DNA of 61,407 nucleotides, from positions 1-61,407 of the forward strand of contig DASWNR010000065.1 in NCBI GenBank assembly GCA_036399155.1. The letters run 5' to 3'. Shown one piece after another: positions 31,224 to 40,906 of the stretch (within the stretch, counting starts at the first letter, position 1; each line of letters opens with the position of its first letter). The notes under the pieces were generated by a model. It searched no databases and was not told where the DNA came from. It worked only from the letters and a program-made list of their open reading frames with translations. This DNA comes from Pyrinomonadaceae bacterium. Its GTDB lineage: Bacteria > Acidobacteriota > Blastocatellia > Pyrinomonadales > Pyrinomonadaceae. The translations under genes and the position numbers were made by a program.

Positions 31224-31973
31224 TTAAAGGGACTGGCCGCCGTCCACGGTCAGCACCGCGCCCGTGATGTGGCGCGCGCGCTCGGAGCAGAGGAACAGGA
31301 CGGCGTGCGCCACGTCCTCGGGCTCGCCCATGCGCCCGAGCGCGGACTCCGCGACGGCGCGCTCCCTGACCACCTCCGACAGACGCTCGACGAGCGGCGT
31401 GCGTATGAAGCCGGGCGCGACCGCGTTGACCGCGACGCCGTAGCGACCCAGCTCGGCGGCGGCCGAGCGCGTCAGCGCGACGAGCCCCGCCTTCGACGCG
31501 GCGTAGTTGGCGAGGCCGAAGCGCCCGCGCCCGGCCTCGATGGAGGCGACGTTGACGACGCGCCCGGCGCGCGCCCGGCGGAAGTGGCGCGCGGCCGCCT
31601 GCGTGTAGCTGAACGCGCCCTTGAGGTTCGTGTCGAGGACGAGCCGCCACTGCTCCTCGGTCATCTCCCAGAGCGGCGCGTCCGCGTTGGTGCCGGCGGC
31701 GTTGACGAGGATGTCGAGCCGGCCGAGCCGCGCCGCCGCCTCCTCGACGACCTGCGCGGCGCGCGCGTGCTCGCGCACGTCCGCGCGGAAAGATACCACG
31801 CGCCCGCCCGCCGCCTTCAACAAATTCTCGGCCTGCGCGAGCGCGGCCTCCGGGGCCGCGTCCACCAGTGCCACGTCGGCCCCGGCGCGCGCGAGCTCCG
31901 ACGCGCACGCGCGCCCGATCCCCGAAGCCGCGCCCGTCAACAGCGCAACCTTCCCCTCAAACTCTAACTTCAT
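31224..31973 (-). CDS. SDR-family oxidoreductase (FabG-like)
   Basis: GKVALLTGAASGIGRA (TGxxxGxG), NAAG, and the YAASKAG catalytic Tyr-Lys motif. ATG 31973 (MKLEFEGK) is preferred over TTG 31982. Confidence 0.85.
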   Translation of the reverse strand: MKLEFEGKVALLTGAASGIGRACASELARAGADVALVDAAPEAALAQAENLLKAAGGRVVSFRADVREHARAAQVVEEAAARLGRLDILVNAAGTNADAPLWEMTEEQWRLVLDTNLKGAFSYTQAAARHFRRARAGRVVNVASIEAGRGRFGLANYAASKAGLVALTRSAAAELGRYGVAVNAVAPGFIRTPLVERLSEVVRERAVAESALGRMGEPEDVAHAVLFLCSERARHITGAVLTVDGGQSL

Positions 31974-31982
31974 AAGATTCAA

Positions 31983-32057
31983 GTGATGAGTGATGAGTGA
32001 TGGGTGATAAGAAAAACCGGGAGCCTCGCCGTAATCTCATCACTCACCACTCATCAC
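31983..32057. repeat. palindromic intergenic element, GTGATGR-heptamer arms (copy H)
   Basis: GTGATGAGTGATGAGTGATGGGTGATAAGA ... TCATCACTCACCACTCATCAC. The left arm shares GTGATGGGTGATAAGA with copy G. The M61 peptidase stop (32054-32056) is inside the right arm. Confidence 0.9.
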
Positions 32058-33931
32058 TTCGGGAACGGCGCGCCCAGCCACGCCTGGTAGGTGCGGCGCT
32101 GCTGTTCGGTGGGGGCTGGCAGCGGGACGATGCGGTAGGCGGCGGCCGCGCGCGCGCCGAGCTTGATGTCGAGCGTGCGCAGCTCGTCGCCGCGGAAGAC
32201 CGAGAGCCTGAGCTGGTCGCCGGGGCGCTTGTCTGCGAGACGCGCGTTGAGGAAGTCGAGCGTGGCGCGGTAGCCGTCGACCGCGACTATCTGGTCTGCG
32301 GCGTAGAGGCCCTGCTCGTAGGCCGGCGTCCCGGCCGGGACGTTCGTCACGCCGAGCCGCCCTTCCTTCTCTTCGAGCGCCGCTCCGAGGTAGGCGGCGG
32401 CCGCCGCCGGCCTCCCCGACCTGTCGCTCTCCGTGTCGAGCCTGAGCCCGGCCCACCCGAGCGCCGCGTCGTAGTCCAACTCCTCGCGCCCGCGGACGTA
32501 GCGGCGGAAGAACTCTTCGAGACTCCGGCCGGCCGCGCGCTCGGCCGCGCGCTGAAAGTCCTCGGGCGTGTAGTTGCGCCCCTTCTTCCCGAACTCCTCG
32601 TAGAGCGAGCGCATCACGTCGTCGAGCGAGCGGGCGCCGTTCGAGCGGCCCCGGATTTCGAGGTCGAGCAGGAGCCCGACGATGGCGCCCTTGTCGTAGT
32701 AGGAGACAGCCGAGTTGACCGTGTTCTCGTCGCGCCGGTAGTACTTGATCCACGCGTCGAAGCTCGCCTCCTCAAGGCTCTGCTCCAGCCGCCCCGGCGT
32801 GTTCTGCAAAGTCTGCACCTCGCGCGCCATCGTCTCAAGGTACTGCCGGTCGGTCATCAGCCCGGCGCGGCGCGTGAAGACGGTCTCGTAGTAGGCCGTC
32901 AGCCCCTCGGCGACCCAGAGCAGGCGCGTGTAGTTCTCGCGCGTGTAGTCGAAGGGGCCGAGCGCGTCGGGGCGGATGCGCTTGACGTTCCAGAGGTGGA
33001 AGAACTCGTGCGCGAAGAGCGTGTGAACGTAGTTCAAGTCCTGCGGCGTCGAGAAGCCGAAGCGCTTGACGATGAGCGCCACCGAGTTGAGGTGTTCGAG
33101 CGCGCCGCCGTTCTTCTCGGCGAGCATGAGGATGAAGGTGAAGTCGCGGTACGGCGTGTCGCCCATCACGGCGACCTCGGCCTCGACGATGCGCCGCACG
33201 TCGGCGCGCAGCCGCTCGGCGTCGTAGCCGCCCTCGCCGTCGACGACGACGCGGTGCGGGACGCCCGCGACCTCGAACGAGAGCGTCTTAAAGTTACCGG
33301 CGAGGAAGGGCGAGTCGTAGAGCACGTCGAAGTTATCGGCGCGGAAGGTGCCGGCCGCCCCCTGCGCCGCCGGCAGGCCCGTCGCGATCTTCCAGCCGCC
33401 GAACGGCTCGACCCGAAGCGTCGAGGGCGCGCCGAGGTGCCCGTCCGGGTACATCAGGAGGTTGGCGTTGTTCCAGAAGGCGTGGCGGTCGTTCAGTTCG
33501 CTCGTCCGCACGGTCAGCTCGTTGGCGTAGACGCTGTAGCGCGCGAGCACCTCGCGGGCGCCGCCCGCCTCGACGCGCCAGGTGTTCTTGCTGACCTTCG
33601 TCCAGGGGAGCGCGCGCCCCGAGCCGTCCGCGGCCGCGAAGTCCTGGACGTGTCGCGCGAACTCGCGCACGAGGTACGAGCCGGGCGTCCAGACCGGCAT
33701 GACGAGGTCGACCGTGCCGGGCGCGGCGCGGCGGTATTGCAGCAGCGCCGTGACCTCGAAGAGGTGCGTGTGCGGCCTCCGCATCGAGACGGTGTAGGCG
33801 ATCTCGGGCGCGTCGGGCGCGGCGGCGCGCGAGCGCGGGTCGGGGCTTTGCGCGCGCACGGCCGCGGCGGCGAACTGTAGCGTGGCGAGGCACGCCGCGA
33901 GGGCAAGCGTCTTCGCGCGAGTGTGTCGCAT
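32054..33931 (-). CDS. M61 glycyl aminopeptidase-family metallopeptidase with C-terminal PDZ domain
   Basis: HEFFHLWNVKRIRP (HExxH) with a downstream EG..Y motif context. PDZ-like LGVTNVPAGTPAYEQGLYAADQIVAVDG. Signal peptide MRHTRAKTLALAACLATLQFAAAAVRAQS from ATG 33931. Confidence 0.85.
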   Translation of the reverse strand: MRHTRAKTLALAACLATLQFAAAAVRAQSPDPRSRAAAPDAPEIAYTVSMRRPHTHLFEVTALLQYRRAAPGTVDLVMPVWTPGSYLVREFARHVQDFAAADGSGRALPWTKVSKNTWRVEAGGAREVLARYSVYANELTVRTSELNDRHAFWNNANLLMYPDGHLGAPSTLRVEPFGGWKIATGLPAAQGAAGTFRADNFDVLYDSPFLAGNFKTLSFEVAGVPHRVVVDGEGGYDAERLRADVRRIVEAEVAVMGDTPYRDFTFILMLAEKNGGALEHLNSVALIVKRFGFSTPQDLNYVHTLFAHEFFHLWNVKRIRPDALGPFDYTRENYTRLLWVAEGLTAYYETVFTRRAGLMTDRQYLETMAREVQTLQNTPGRLEQSLEEASFDAWIKYYRRDENTVNSAVSYYDKGAIVGLLLDLEIRGRSNGARSLDDVMRSLYEEFGKKGRNYTPEDFQRAAERAAGRSLEEFFRRYVRGREELDYDAALGWAGLRLDTESDRSGRPAAAAAYLGAALEEKEGRLGVTNVPAGTPAYEQGLYAADQIVAVDGYRATLDFLNARLADKRPGDQLRLSVFRGDELRTLDIKLGARAAAAYRIVPLPAPTEQQRRTYQAWLGAPFPK

Positions 33932-34122
33932 CAGGCTTAACACTTCCTTCGTCCGGGTGAATTGTGCGGGAGAAAAGTACGGGGGAATATTACAACGAAA
34001 CGCGCGGGCCCCGCGAACGGGGGCGCGTCGGTTCCGCGCTTCCGCCGCCGCGCGGGGTTGTGTCAAACTCTCGGGCAAACGGAGCGTGAAAATTCCCGGC
34101 GGGGCTTGGGGGGTGCGTCGAG

Positions 34123-34626
34123 ATGTCGATTGTGGCCTGTCCGAAGTGCGGCGCGAAGAACCGCGTAGACGAGCGCGTGACCGTCGTCGGCAAGCAGCCC
34201 GTGTGCGGCAGGTGCGGCGCGGGACTACAAGGCGACGCGGGCGGCGCGGGCGGCGAGACTCCGCGGGCGTCGAGTAAGGCGGGCGAGAAGGCGGGCGGGT
34301 CGAAGCCCGTGGCCGTGACCGACCGGACGTTCGCGCGCGAGGTGGTCGAGGAGTCGAACGCGCGCCCCGTGCTGCTCGACTGCTGGGCGGCGTGGTGCGC
34401 CCCGTGCCGCATGTTAGCGCCCGTGCTCGACGAGCTGGCTTCGGAGTCGGCCGGCCTTTACCGCGTCGCCAAGCTCGACGTGGACGCCAACCCGCAGACG
34501 GCCGCCGCGCTGCGCATCCAGTCCATCCCCACGCTCTTCGTCTACAGGAACGGCCGGGAGGTCGAGCGCATCGTCGGAGTCCAGCCCAAACAAGTCCTCG
34601 CCGCCCGACTCTCGGCGCACCTGTGA
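34123..34626 (+). CDS. trxC: thioredoxin with N-terminal zinc-ribbon extension (Trx2-type)
   Basis: The CPKCG...CGRCG zinc-finger pair is followed by a thioredoxin fold with active site WAAWCAPCR and IQSIPTLFVY. Confidence 0.8.
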   Translation: MSIVACPKCGAKNRVDERVTVVGKQPVCGRCGAGLQGDAGGAGGETPRASSKAGEKAGGSKPVAVTDRTFAREVVEESNARPVLLDCWAAWCAPCRMLAPVLDELASESAGLYRVAKLDVDANPQTAAALRIQSIPTLFVYRNGREVERIVGVQPKQVLAARLSAHL

Positions 34627-34627
34627 G

Positions 34628-34703
34628 ATAGCTGTCGGCTGTTAGCTTAAAGCAGATTGAGGGGGGCTTGGCTAAAAGCCGACGGCTAACAGCCGACAGC
34701 TAT
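34628..34703. repeat. palindromic intergenic element, GCTGTYR-heptamer arms (copy J)
   Basis: Perfect 19-bp arms ATAGCTGTCGGCTGTTAGC / GCTAACAGCCGACAGCTAT lie between convergent trxC and the TPR gene. The TPR gene stop (34700-34702) is inside the right arm. Confidence 0.9.
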
Positions 34704-37348
34704 TGAACGTTGACCGTGACCTGCTGTGTGCCGCAGGCCGATTTGAAGATGGCGACGAAGGCGCCGGTCTTCCTGCTGATCGAGGTAATGGTGAAGCGCG
34801 CGAGGCCGGGGTCGTCGGCCGGGCTGCGCGGCTCGGCGAGGATGACGATGTCGGCCCAGTTCGGGGTCGAGGAGTCGATGCGCGCGGGCGTGCTGCCCGT
34901 GTAGTTGTCGATGCTCAGGGCGACGGTGCCCGAGCCGCCGTTGCTCTTGACGTTGAGCGAAGGCTCGGCGGCGGTCAGCACGCACCTGCCGCCCGGCTCG
35001 GTCCTTTTCGGCGCGGGCGAGGGCTCGGGCGTCGGAGTCGAGGTCGCCGGCGTCGCCTCGGGCGTGGCCGACGGCGAAGGCTCGGGCGAAGGTGACGGCG
35101 TCTCCGGGGCCGGCGGCGACGCGGGCGGAGTCGAAGGGGTCGGCTCGGCCGTCGGCGTCGCTGAAGGGGTCGGCTCGGGCGTGGCCGAAGGAGTCTCTGC
35201 GGGCGTAGGCTCCGGGGCCGGCGTGGTCGTGCTCGACGCGGCCGGGTTTGTCGTCGTCGCCTCGGTCGTTGACGACTGCGCGGGGGTCGTCGCATCAGAC
35301 GCGGGGGGGCGCGGCGGCGTGCGCGTGTTGGCGGCGGCCGCGGGCGCCTGCAAGAGCTGTTCGAGCCCGCCCGTCGAGCCGTTGTTGAGTTTCTTGTAGA
35401 GCGCCTCGATGGTGGGCAGCATTTTCGGGTCGGGCTGCGCGCGGTAGCTCGTGACGTACGCGGCCAGCGCGTCGCGCCCGCTCCCGCTCGCTTCGAGCGC
35501 CGCGCCCAGCTCCCACTCGGCCGTGCGCCACCAGTGCGAGCCTTCGGGCAGCACGCTCACCGCGCGCCGCAGGCGCACCGCCGCCTCGGCCGTCTGCCCC
35601 TGCTTGTAGAGCGCCCAGCCGGCCATCGCCTCTATCCGCCCGCGCAAGACCCTTGAGAGCATGTCGCGCTGCACGCCGAGCATGTTGAGCGGCGCGTCCT
35701 TCTCGACGACCTGACGGCGCAGCTCCCTCATCTCGTCCGTGTCGGCGAAGAGCGCGATGGGCGCGTGCGCCAGCCCGAGCGCCGGCTCGACGCCGCCGAT
35801 GGCCGCCTCGGCGCGTGCCAGAACCTCCGCGTGCGCGCCGCCGTGCGCCGCCAGCAGCCCGGCCGCGTAGAGGTTGCGGTAGGCGCGCATCTCGTCGTCG
35901 CCGGCGCCGAACTCGCGCGCGGCGTCGGCGGCGGCGCGCTCGCTCGGCGTCTCGCCGGCCGTCGCCTGCCGCAGCGCGAGCAGCGCCTTCAACGTCCTCG
36001 CCTCGGAGGCCGGGGACGCGCCCGCGAACTGCGCGAGGCTCGCGCGGCGCTCGGGCGCGAGCAGCTCGTTAAAGTCCGAGGCCGACGACTCGACGCGCCC
36101 GGCGAGCCGCGCGACTATCTTCCCGTCCCTGAGCGCGAACGAGCGCGAGAGCTGTTCGGCCGCCTCCGCGTAAAGACCCGAGGCGGCCAGCGCGGCGGCC
36201 AGCTCGTAGTCGAGCGTCGCGAAGTTGCCGAAGCGCCGCGCGTGCCTCATCGCCCGCTCGGCTTCGAGCGGGCGCTTGAGCACGAGCAGGGCGCGCCCCT
36301 GCGCGACGCGCGCCCACGCCCAGCCGAAGCGCGCCTCGAAGGCGACGGCCTTCTCGGCCAGCTCAAGAGCGCGCGCGCCCTCGCCGCGCGCCGCGTACCA
36401 GTAGGACGCGCCGACCAGCAGCGGCAGGTCGCGCACGTCACCCCCTTGCGCCGACTGCAACTCTCGCTCGGCATCCTCGCGCCGCCCCGACTCGAAGAGC
36501 GCGAGGACGAGCCCGGCGCGCGCGTTACGGTCGCCCGCGTCCGCCGCGAGCTGCTCCCTGTAGAGCGCCGCCGCCTCGTCGGGCTTGCCCGTCGCGCGCT
36601 TGAGTTCGGCCAGCGCGCGGCGCGCGGGCGCGTTCTTCGGGTCCAGCTCGACGGAGCGCGCCATCTCGGCCTCCGCCTCGTCGAGCCGGAGCGAGAGGCG
36701 GTGCGCCGTCCCGAGCGCCTGGTGCGCGGCGGCCGAGTCGGGCTGCGCCGCGACGGCCGCGCGCGCGAGCCGCGCCGCCTCCTCTATCTGCTCGACGCCG
36801 AGGTAGAACGAGGCGACCGCGAGCAGGCGCGCGGCGCTGCCTTCGGCGCGCGCCTCGACCGCGCGCGCGAGTTCCATCCCGGCCTCGCGCTCGCCGAGCA
36901 CGTAGAGGTTGCCGGGCAGTTGCGAGACGACCTCGGCGAAGAGCCTGTCGGACATCCCCTGCGGGGCCTCGGCGACGGCCGCGCGGAAGAGTTCGAGGGC
37001 GGCGGCGCGGTCGCCCGCGCGCAGACGCTCGTCGCCGAGCGCGGCGCGCGCGCTCGTCAGAAGCTCCTTCGCGCGCAGCGTCTGCGGCGTGTCCGGGTTC
37101 GCCTTGACGAAAGCCTTCAGGCGCTCGACGCGCGCGGCCGCTTCGAGCCTGACGACCTCGTCAAGCTCGGCCTTGAGCGCCTCCTCGTCGGCCGGCTTCG
37201 CGGGCGTCGTCCTGGGGGCGGCCTTCGCCTTCCCCTTCTGCGCGGGCGTCTTCGCGGCGGAAGCGCCCTTCTGCCCGGCGACGATGACGGTCGCGGCGGT
37301 CGCCGACAGGAGAATCGCCAGGGTGAAGCTTGAGAGTGTCCGTTTCAT
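34700..37348 (-). CDS. exported TPR-repeat protein with Pro/Thr/Ser-rich linker and C-terminal beta domain
   Basis: Signal peptide MKRTLSSFTLAILLSATAATVIVA, about 600 aa of TPR-like Ala/Leu/Arg helices, and a TPAPEPTPAETPSATPEPTPS... linker. ATG 37348 is preferred over GTG 37357. Confidence 0.8.
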   Translation of the reverse strand: MKRTLSSFTLAILLSATAATVIVAGQKGASAAKTPAQKGKAKAAPRTTPAKPADEEALKAELDEVVRLEAAARVERLKAFVKANPDTPQTLRAKELLTSARAALGDERLRAGDRAAALELFRAAVAEAPQGMSDRLFAEVVSQLPGNLYVLGEREAGMELARAVEARAEGSAARLLAVASFYLGVEQIEEAARLARAAVAAQPDSAAAHQALGTAHRLSLRLDEAEAEMARSVELDPKNAPARRALAELKRATGKPDEAAALYREQLAADAGDRNARAGLVLALFESGRREDAERELQSAQGGDVRDLPLLVGASYWYAARGEGARALELAEKAVAFEARFGWAWARVAQGRALLVLKRPLEAERAMRHARRFGNFATLDYELAAALAASGLYAEAAEQLSRSFALRDGKIVARLAGRVESSASDFNELLAPERRASLAQFAGASPASEARTLKALLALRQATAGETPSERAAADAAREFGAGDDEMRAYRNLYAAGLLAAHGGAHAEVLARAEAAIGGVEPALGLAHAPIALFADTDEMRELRRQVVEKDAPLNMLGVQRDMLSRVLRGRIEAMAGWALYKQGQTAEAAVRLRRAVSVLPEGSHWWRTAEWELGAALEASGSGRDALAAYVTSYRAQPDPKMLPTIEALYKKLNNGSTGGLEQLLQAPAAAANTRTPPRPPASDATTPAQSSTTEATTTNPAASSTTTPAPEPTPAETPSATPEPTPSATPTAEPTPSTPPASPPAPETPSPSPEPSPSATPEATPATSTPTPEPSPAPKRTEPGGRCVLTAAEPSLNVKSNGGSGTVALSIDNYTGSTPARIDSSTPNWADIVILAEPRSPADDPGLARFTITSISRKTGAFVAIFKSACGTQQVTVNVQ

Positions 37349-37353
37349 AATTC

Positions 37354-39117
37354 TCACTTGAACGCTTCGGAGAGCACACGCCCGGTGGCGTTGCTCGGCG
37401 GCTCGACGTTAAGGATGCGCGCGAGCGTGGGCGCGATGTCGGCGGGCGTCGAGGGTTGGAGGTAGCGGCCCGGCACGACGCCCCCGCCCATGATGACGAG
37501 CGGGACGTGCGTGTCGTAGCGGTAGGGCGTGCCGTGGTTGGCGATGGCCGTGTAGTCGGAGAGGTACTTGTACGACTCCTGTATGACGACCACGTCGCCG
37601 CTGCGCCTCGGGTTGTAGCCGTGCAGCACGCGCCGCGCGACCGCGTCGGCCGGCGGGACGGCGCCCGTCGTGAGCTGCGTCCGCGTGAAGTAGCGCGAGA
37701 CGCCGGGCACGGCGAGCGCCGCCTCGCCCGCGACGCGCTCGATCTCCTCCTGCCGCACGCCGTCGCGGTCGAGCGCGGCGCGGTTGAAGTAGATGTGGCC
37801 GTTGGAAAAAATCTGGACGTAGTCTTCGGTCGTGTCGCGCTCGCCCGGCTTCCCGTAGCGCGCTCGGATGCGGTTGCGCACGGCCGTCATAACGTCCGTC
37901 ACCCTCACGCGCCCGCCCGGCAGCCGCATCGCCGTCGCGTGCTCGGGCGACGGCGCGACGCCGTGGTCGGCCGTGAAGGCGACGACCGTGTTAGCGAGCC
38001 CGACGCGCGCGTCCACGGCCTTGAGCAGCCGCTCTATCTGCTGGTCTACGCGCAGCGTGATGTCCATCACTTCCTGGCTGTAGGGGCCGTAGCGGTGGCC
38101 GACGATGTCGTTGGCCGAGAAGCTGACCGTGAGCACGTCCGTGTCTTCGTCCTCGCCCAGACGCTCGTTCGCCAGCGCCGCCTCCGCGAGCGAGAGCACG
38201 AGGTCGTTCGAGTAGGGCGAGTAGTCGAGCGCCGAGTAGAAGCCCGGCCCCGGCTCTTTGAGCCCGCCGTCGAGGACGTGCGGGAAGACGTAGGAGCGCT
38301 TGTCGGTTCCCCTCTCCCACGGCGTGTCGTCCGGCCCCGCGCGGCGCTCGTACTCGGCGGCGGGGAGCAGCCGCTCCCACTTCGCGCCGAAGAACTTGTC
38401 GGCCGGGCGCGCGGCGTTAAAGCGCGCGACCCAGTCGGGCAGCCGGTCGAAGTAGTATGTGGAGGAGACGAACTGGCCGGTCTGCGTGCTGTACCAGTAG
38501 GCGGCGTCGGCCATGCGCCCGGCGGGCAGGATGGCGCCGCGGTTCTTCGACGAGACGCCGACGACCCGGGCCCGCCCCGCGGTCGCCATCTTCAACTGGT
38601 CGCCGAGCGTCGAGGCGAGTAGGTTGCGCGGGCTCGAAGCCGCCTCGCGGTCTCCGCCGCCGAGCGGGCGCACCGTGTCGTCCTGCACGTTGTTGACGCG
38701 CTTGCCTTCGGCGCGGTCGTACCAGTCGTTGGCGACGATGCCGGTCTCGGAGGGCCACGCGCCCGTCATCATCGTCGCGTGGCCGGGCGCGGTCTCGGTC
38801 GGGACGTGGTCGAAGTTGCACTCGGCCCAGCTCGCGCCGTCGCGCAAAAGCCGGCGCAGCCCCCCCGCGCCGAACAGGTCGCCGAAGCGTTCGAGGTAGT
38901 CGTAGCGAAACTGGTCGACCGCGATGAGCAGCACGAGGCGCGGGCGGCGGAGGGCTGACGGCCGCACCGCCCGGGTCGCGTCGGCCGGCGCGCGCGGGTC
39001 GGGGGCGGCGGCGGCGCGGCGGCGTTGCGCGACGGCGGGCGTCGTCTGGGCGAGCAGCAGCGCGAGCAGTATCAGCAGCGCTGCCGCCGGTCTGCGAAAA
39101 ATCTGTGTCGGTCTCAT
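37354..39117 (-). CDS. alkaline phosphatase-superfamily protein (type I phosphodiesterase/nucleotide pyrophosphatase-like)
   Basis: Signal peptide from ATG 39117 (MRPTQIFRRPAAALLILLALLLAQ). Motifs IAVDQFRYDYL, TETAPGHATMMTG (nucleophile Thr context), FSANDIVGHRYGP, FTADHG. The 206 upstream codons of the ORF track were rejected. Confidence 0.85.
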   Translation of the reverse strand: MRPTQIFRRPAAALLILLALLLAQTTPAVAQRRRAAAAPDPRAPADATRAVRPSALRRPRLVLLIAVDQFRYDYLERFGDLFGAGGLRRLLRDGASWAECNFDHVPTETAPGHATMMTGAWPSETGIVANDWYDRAEGKRVNNVQDDTVRPLGGGDREAASSPRNLLASTLGDQLKMATAGRARVVGVSSKNRGAILPAGRMADAAYWYSTQTGQFVSSTYYFDRLPDWVARFNAARPADKFFGAKWERLLPAAEYERRAGPDDTPWERGTDKRSYVFPHVLDGGLKEPGPGFYSALDYSPYSNDLVLSLAEAALANERLGEDEDTDVLTVSFSANDIVGHRYGPYSQEVMDITLRVDQQIERLLKAVDARVGLANTVVAFTADHGVAPSPEHATAMRLPGGRVRVTDVMTAVRNRIRARYGKPGERDTTEDYVQIFSNGHIYFNRAALDRDGVRQEEIERVAGEAALAVPGVSRYFTRTQLTTGAVPPADAVARRVLHGYNPRRSGDVVVIQESYKYLSDYTAIANHGTPYRYDTHVPLVIMGGGVVPGRYLQPSTPADIAPTLARILNVEPPSNATGRVLSEAFK

Positions 39118-39268
39118 TGCGTGTGTCGGGAAATTGAACCTCGCGTCAGTGAATCGGGTTCGTCCGTCGGGTCTGTTGAACGACTTGTGTGCGGGCATGA
39201 TAACATCGCCGCGCGCCGGGGCGCGAACGCGGGCCGGGCGATAAATCCGACCGTGCGGGGCGTGGTCT

Positions 39269-39790
39269 GTGGGCAGCTTCGACGAAGAGTACGAGCGGAA
39301 ACTGGCCGAGGCGCGCGAGCGCGCGGGGGGCGGCGCGCGCGGCGACGTGCTCGAATACCTCGACCTCCGCGCGGCCAACGACGCGGCGCGCACGCGCGCG
39401 GTCGAGTGGCTGCTCGAACTCTTCACGGCGGCGGCGGGCGAGCTGAACCGCGCGGGCGCGGGGCTCGCGCTCGCGCGCACGGACGCGCACCGCTTCCGCG
39501 TCGGCAACTCTTCGATGGTGGGCGCGCGCCTCGTCCTGAAGCACGGCGTGCGGCAGTTGACGGTCGAGGCTGGCTGGCCGCGCGCCCCGCTCGACGGCAT
39601 CGTGCGCGGCGGCGGGCTCGCCTCCGCGCTCCTCGGCCACTTCGGCAACGCGCGCGCCGGCCAGGAGCTTCTGCTCCTCCCGCTCCCCGACTCCGAGCCC
39701 CGCTGGTTCGTCATCGACCAGAAGACCGGCGCGCGCACCGAACTCCGCCCCGAAGACCTCCGCCGGCACCTCGCACGCCTGCTCGACTGA
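39269..39790 (+). CDS. hypothetical protein
   Basis: 173-aa ORF with balanced, coding-like composition. It is divergent from the phosphatase gene. No family recognised. Confidence 0.55.
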   Translation: MGSFDEEYERKLAEARERAGGGARGDVLEYLDLRAANDAARTRAVEWLLELFTAAAGELNRAGAGLALARTDAHRFRVGNSSMVGARLVLKHGVRQLTVEAGWPRAPLDGIVRGGGLASALLGHFGNARAGQELLLLPLPDSEPRWFVIDQKTGARTELRPEDLRRHLARLLD

Positions 39791-39800
39791 AAGACAACAA

Positions 39801-39905
39801 GTAGACAGTAGTCAGTAGCGCTCCGCGTCGAGGGCGTTGTCGCCGACTCACTGATGATTTGCTAAAGAAGGTTTTTCTACCGTCTACTGTCTACTGGCTA
39901 CTGAC
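39801..39905. repeat. nested palindromic intergenic element, GTAGWCR-heptamer arms (copy D)
   Basis: GTAGACAGTAGTCAGTAG ... CTACCGTCTACTGTCTACTGGCTACTGAC. The core CGCTCCGCGTCGAGGGCGTTG...AGAAGGTTTTT matches the reverse complement of the copy C core. Confidence 0.9.
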
Positions 39906-40137
39906 TTCCGTCTCCTTTCTTCCTCACGATTTGCGGCGCGGCCTGCACGTTTTGGGACGAGGCCGCGCTTCGTCGCGCGCCGCGTCAGTCTGACGCGGCG
40001 CGTCGTTTTCAGGCACTCTCCCCGGCGTCCTCAGAAATTCTCTTCGCGGCACGGCGGTTGCCAAAACGCGCGTCGGGATGGTTGCCGCAGGCCCCAGCGT
40101 TTCCCCGGTCGGAAGCGGCAGATATTTTGAAGGAGAG

Positions 40138-40770
40138 ATGAAAATGACTAGCCGACGTTTCACCGTTCTGACCTTCGCCGCCGTCGCCCTCGCCACGTTC
40201 CTCGCCCCCGCGTCCGCCAGCGCCCAGTCCATCTGGGATCGCATCCGCGACCGCGCCGAGCAGGATCAGCGCCAGCGCGACCGCGACGAGGACTGGCGCC
40301 GCGACCGGCGCGACGACGGCCGCGGCACCCGCGGGAGGGGCGCGCACCTGAACGACTACGAGCGCCGACAGCTCCGCGAACTCGCGCGCCGCATCGACGA
40401 CCGCAGCCGCGACCTACAGCGCGACGTTGACCGCCTGCTCGACAACAGCCGCATCAACGGCTCGAACCGCGAAGACCGCATCAACAACGAGGCGCGCGAC
40501 CTGCGCGACGCCGCCGGCCGCTTCCGTGGCGTCGCCGGCGACAGCGACTACCTACAGGGAAGCCGCGACGAGGCGAGCCGACTGCTCCAGGAGGCTTCGC
40601 GCTTCAGCCGCATGCTCAGCCGCGTGCGCCTCGACTCGCGCACCGCGAGCGACTGGAACCAGATTCGCTCCGACCTGCGCGCCGTCGCAAACATCTACAA
40701 CCTGCGCTTCAACGACGACCGCGGCTACAACGGCGACGACGACTGGCGTCGCAACCGCCGGTACGAGTGA
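40138..40770 (+). CDS. hypothetical exported Arg/Asp-rich helical protein
   Basis: ATG 40138 follows AGGAGAG. Signal peptide MKMTSRRFTVLTFAAVALATFLAPASASA, then highly charged RDRDEDWRRDRRDD... sequence. Confidence 0.65.
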   Translation: MKMTSRRFTVLTFAAVALATFLAPASASAQSIWDRIRDRAEQDQRQRDRDEDWRRDRRDDGRGTRGRGAHLNDYERRQLRELARRIDDRSRDLQRDVDRLLDNSRINGSNREDRINNEARDLRDAAGRFRGVAGDSDYLQGSRDEASRLLQEASRFSRMLSRVRLDSRTASDWNQIRSDLRAVANIYNLRFNDDRGYNGDDDWRRNRRYE

Positions 40771-40774
40771 GGAA

Positions 40775-40885
40775 GTAGTCAGAGGAAGTAGTCAGTAGTC
40801 GGTAGATTAAAAAATCAGGCGGCGCGTCTCGGTCATCAGCCGAGCGCGCCGCCTGTCTTTCTACCGGCTACTGTCTACCGTCTAC
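40775..40885. repeat. nested palindromic intergenic element, GTAGWCR-heptamer arms (copy E)
   Basis: GTAGTCAGAGGAAGTAGTCAGTAGTCGGTAG ... CTACCGGCTACTGTCTACCGTCTAC. The core hairpin AGGCGGCGCG...CGCGCCGCCTGTCTTT is shared with copy F. Confidence 0.9.
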
Positions 40886-40906
40886 TTCCTCCTGTATCCT
40901 GTCACC

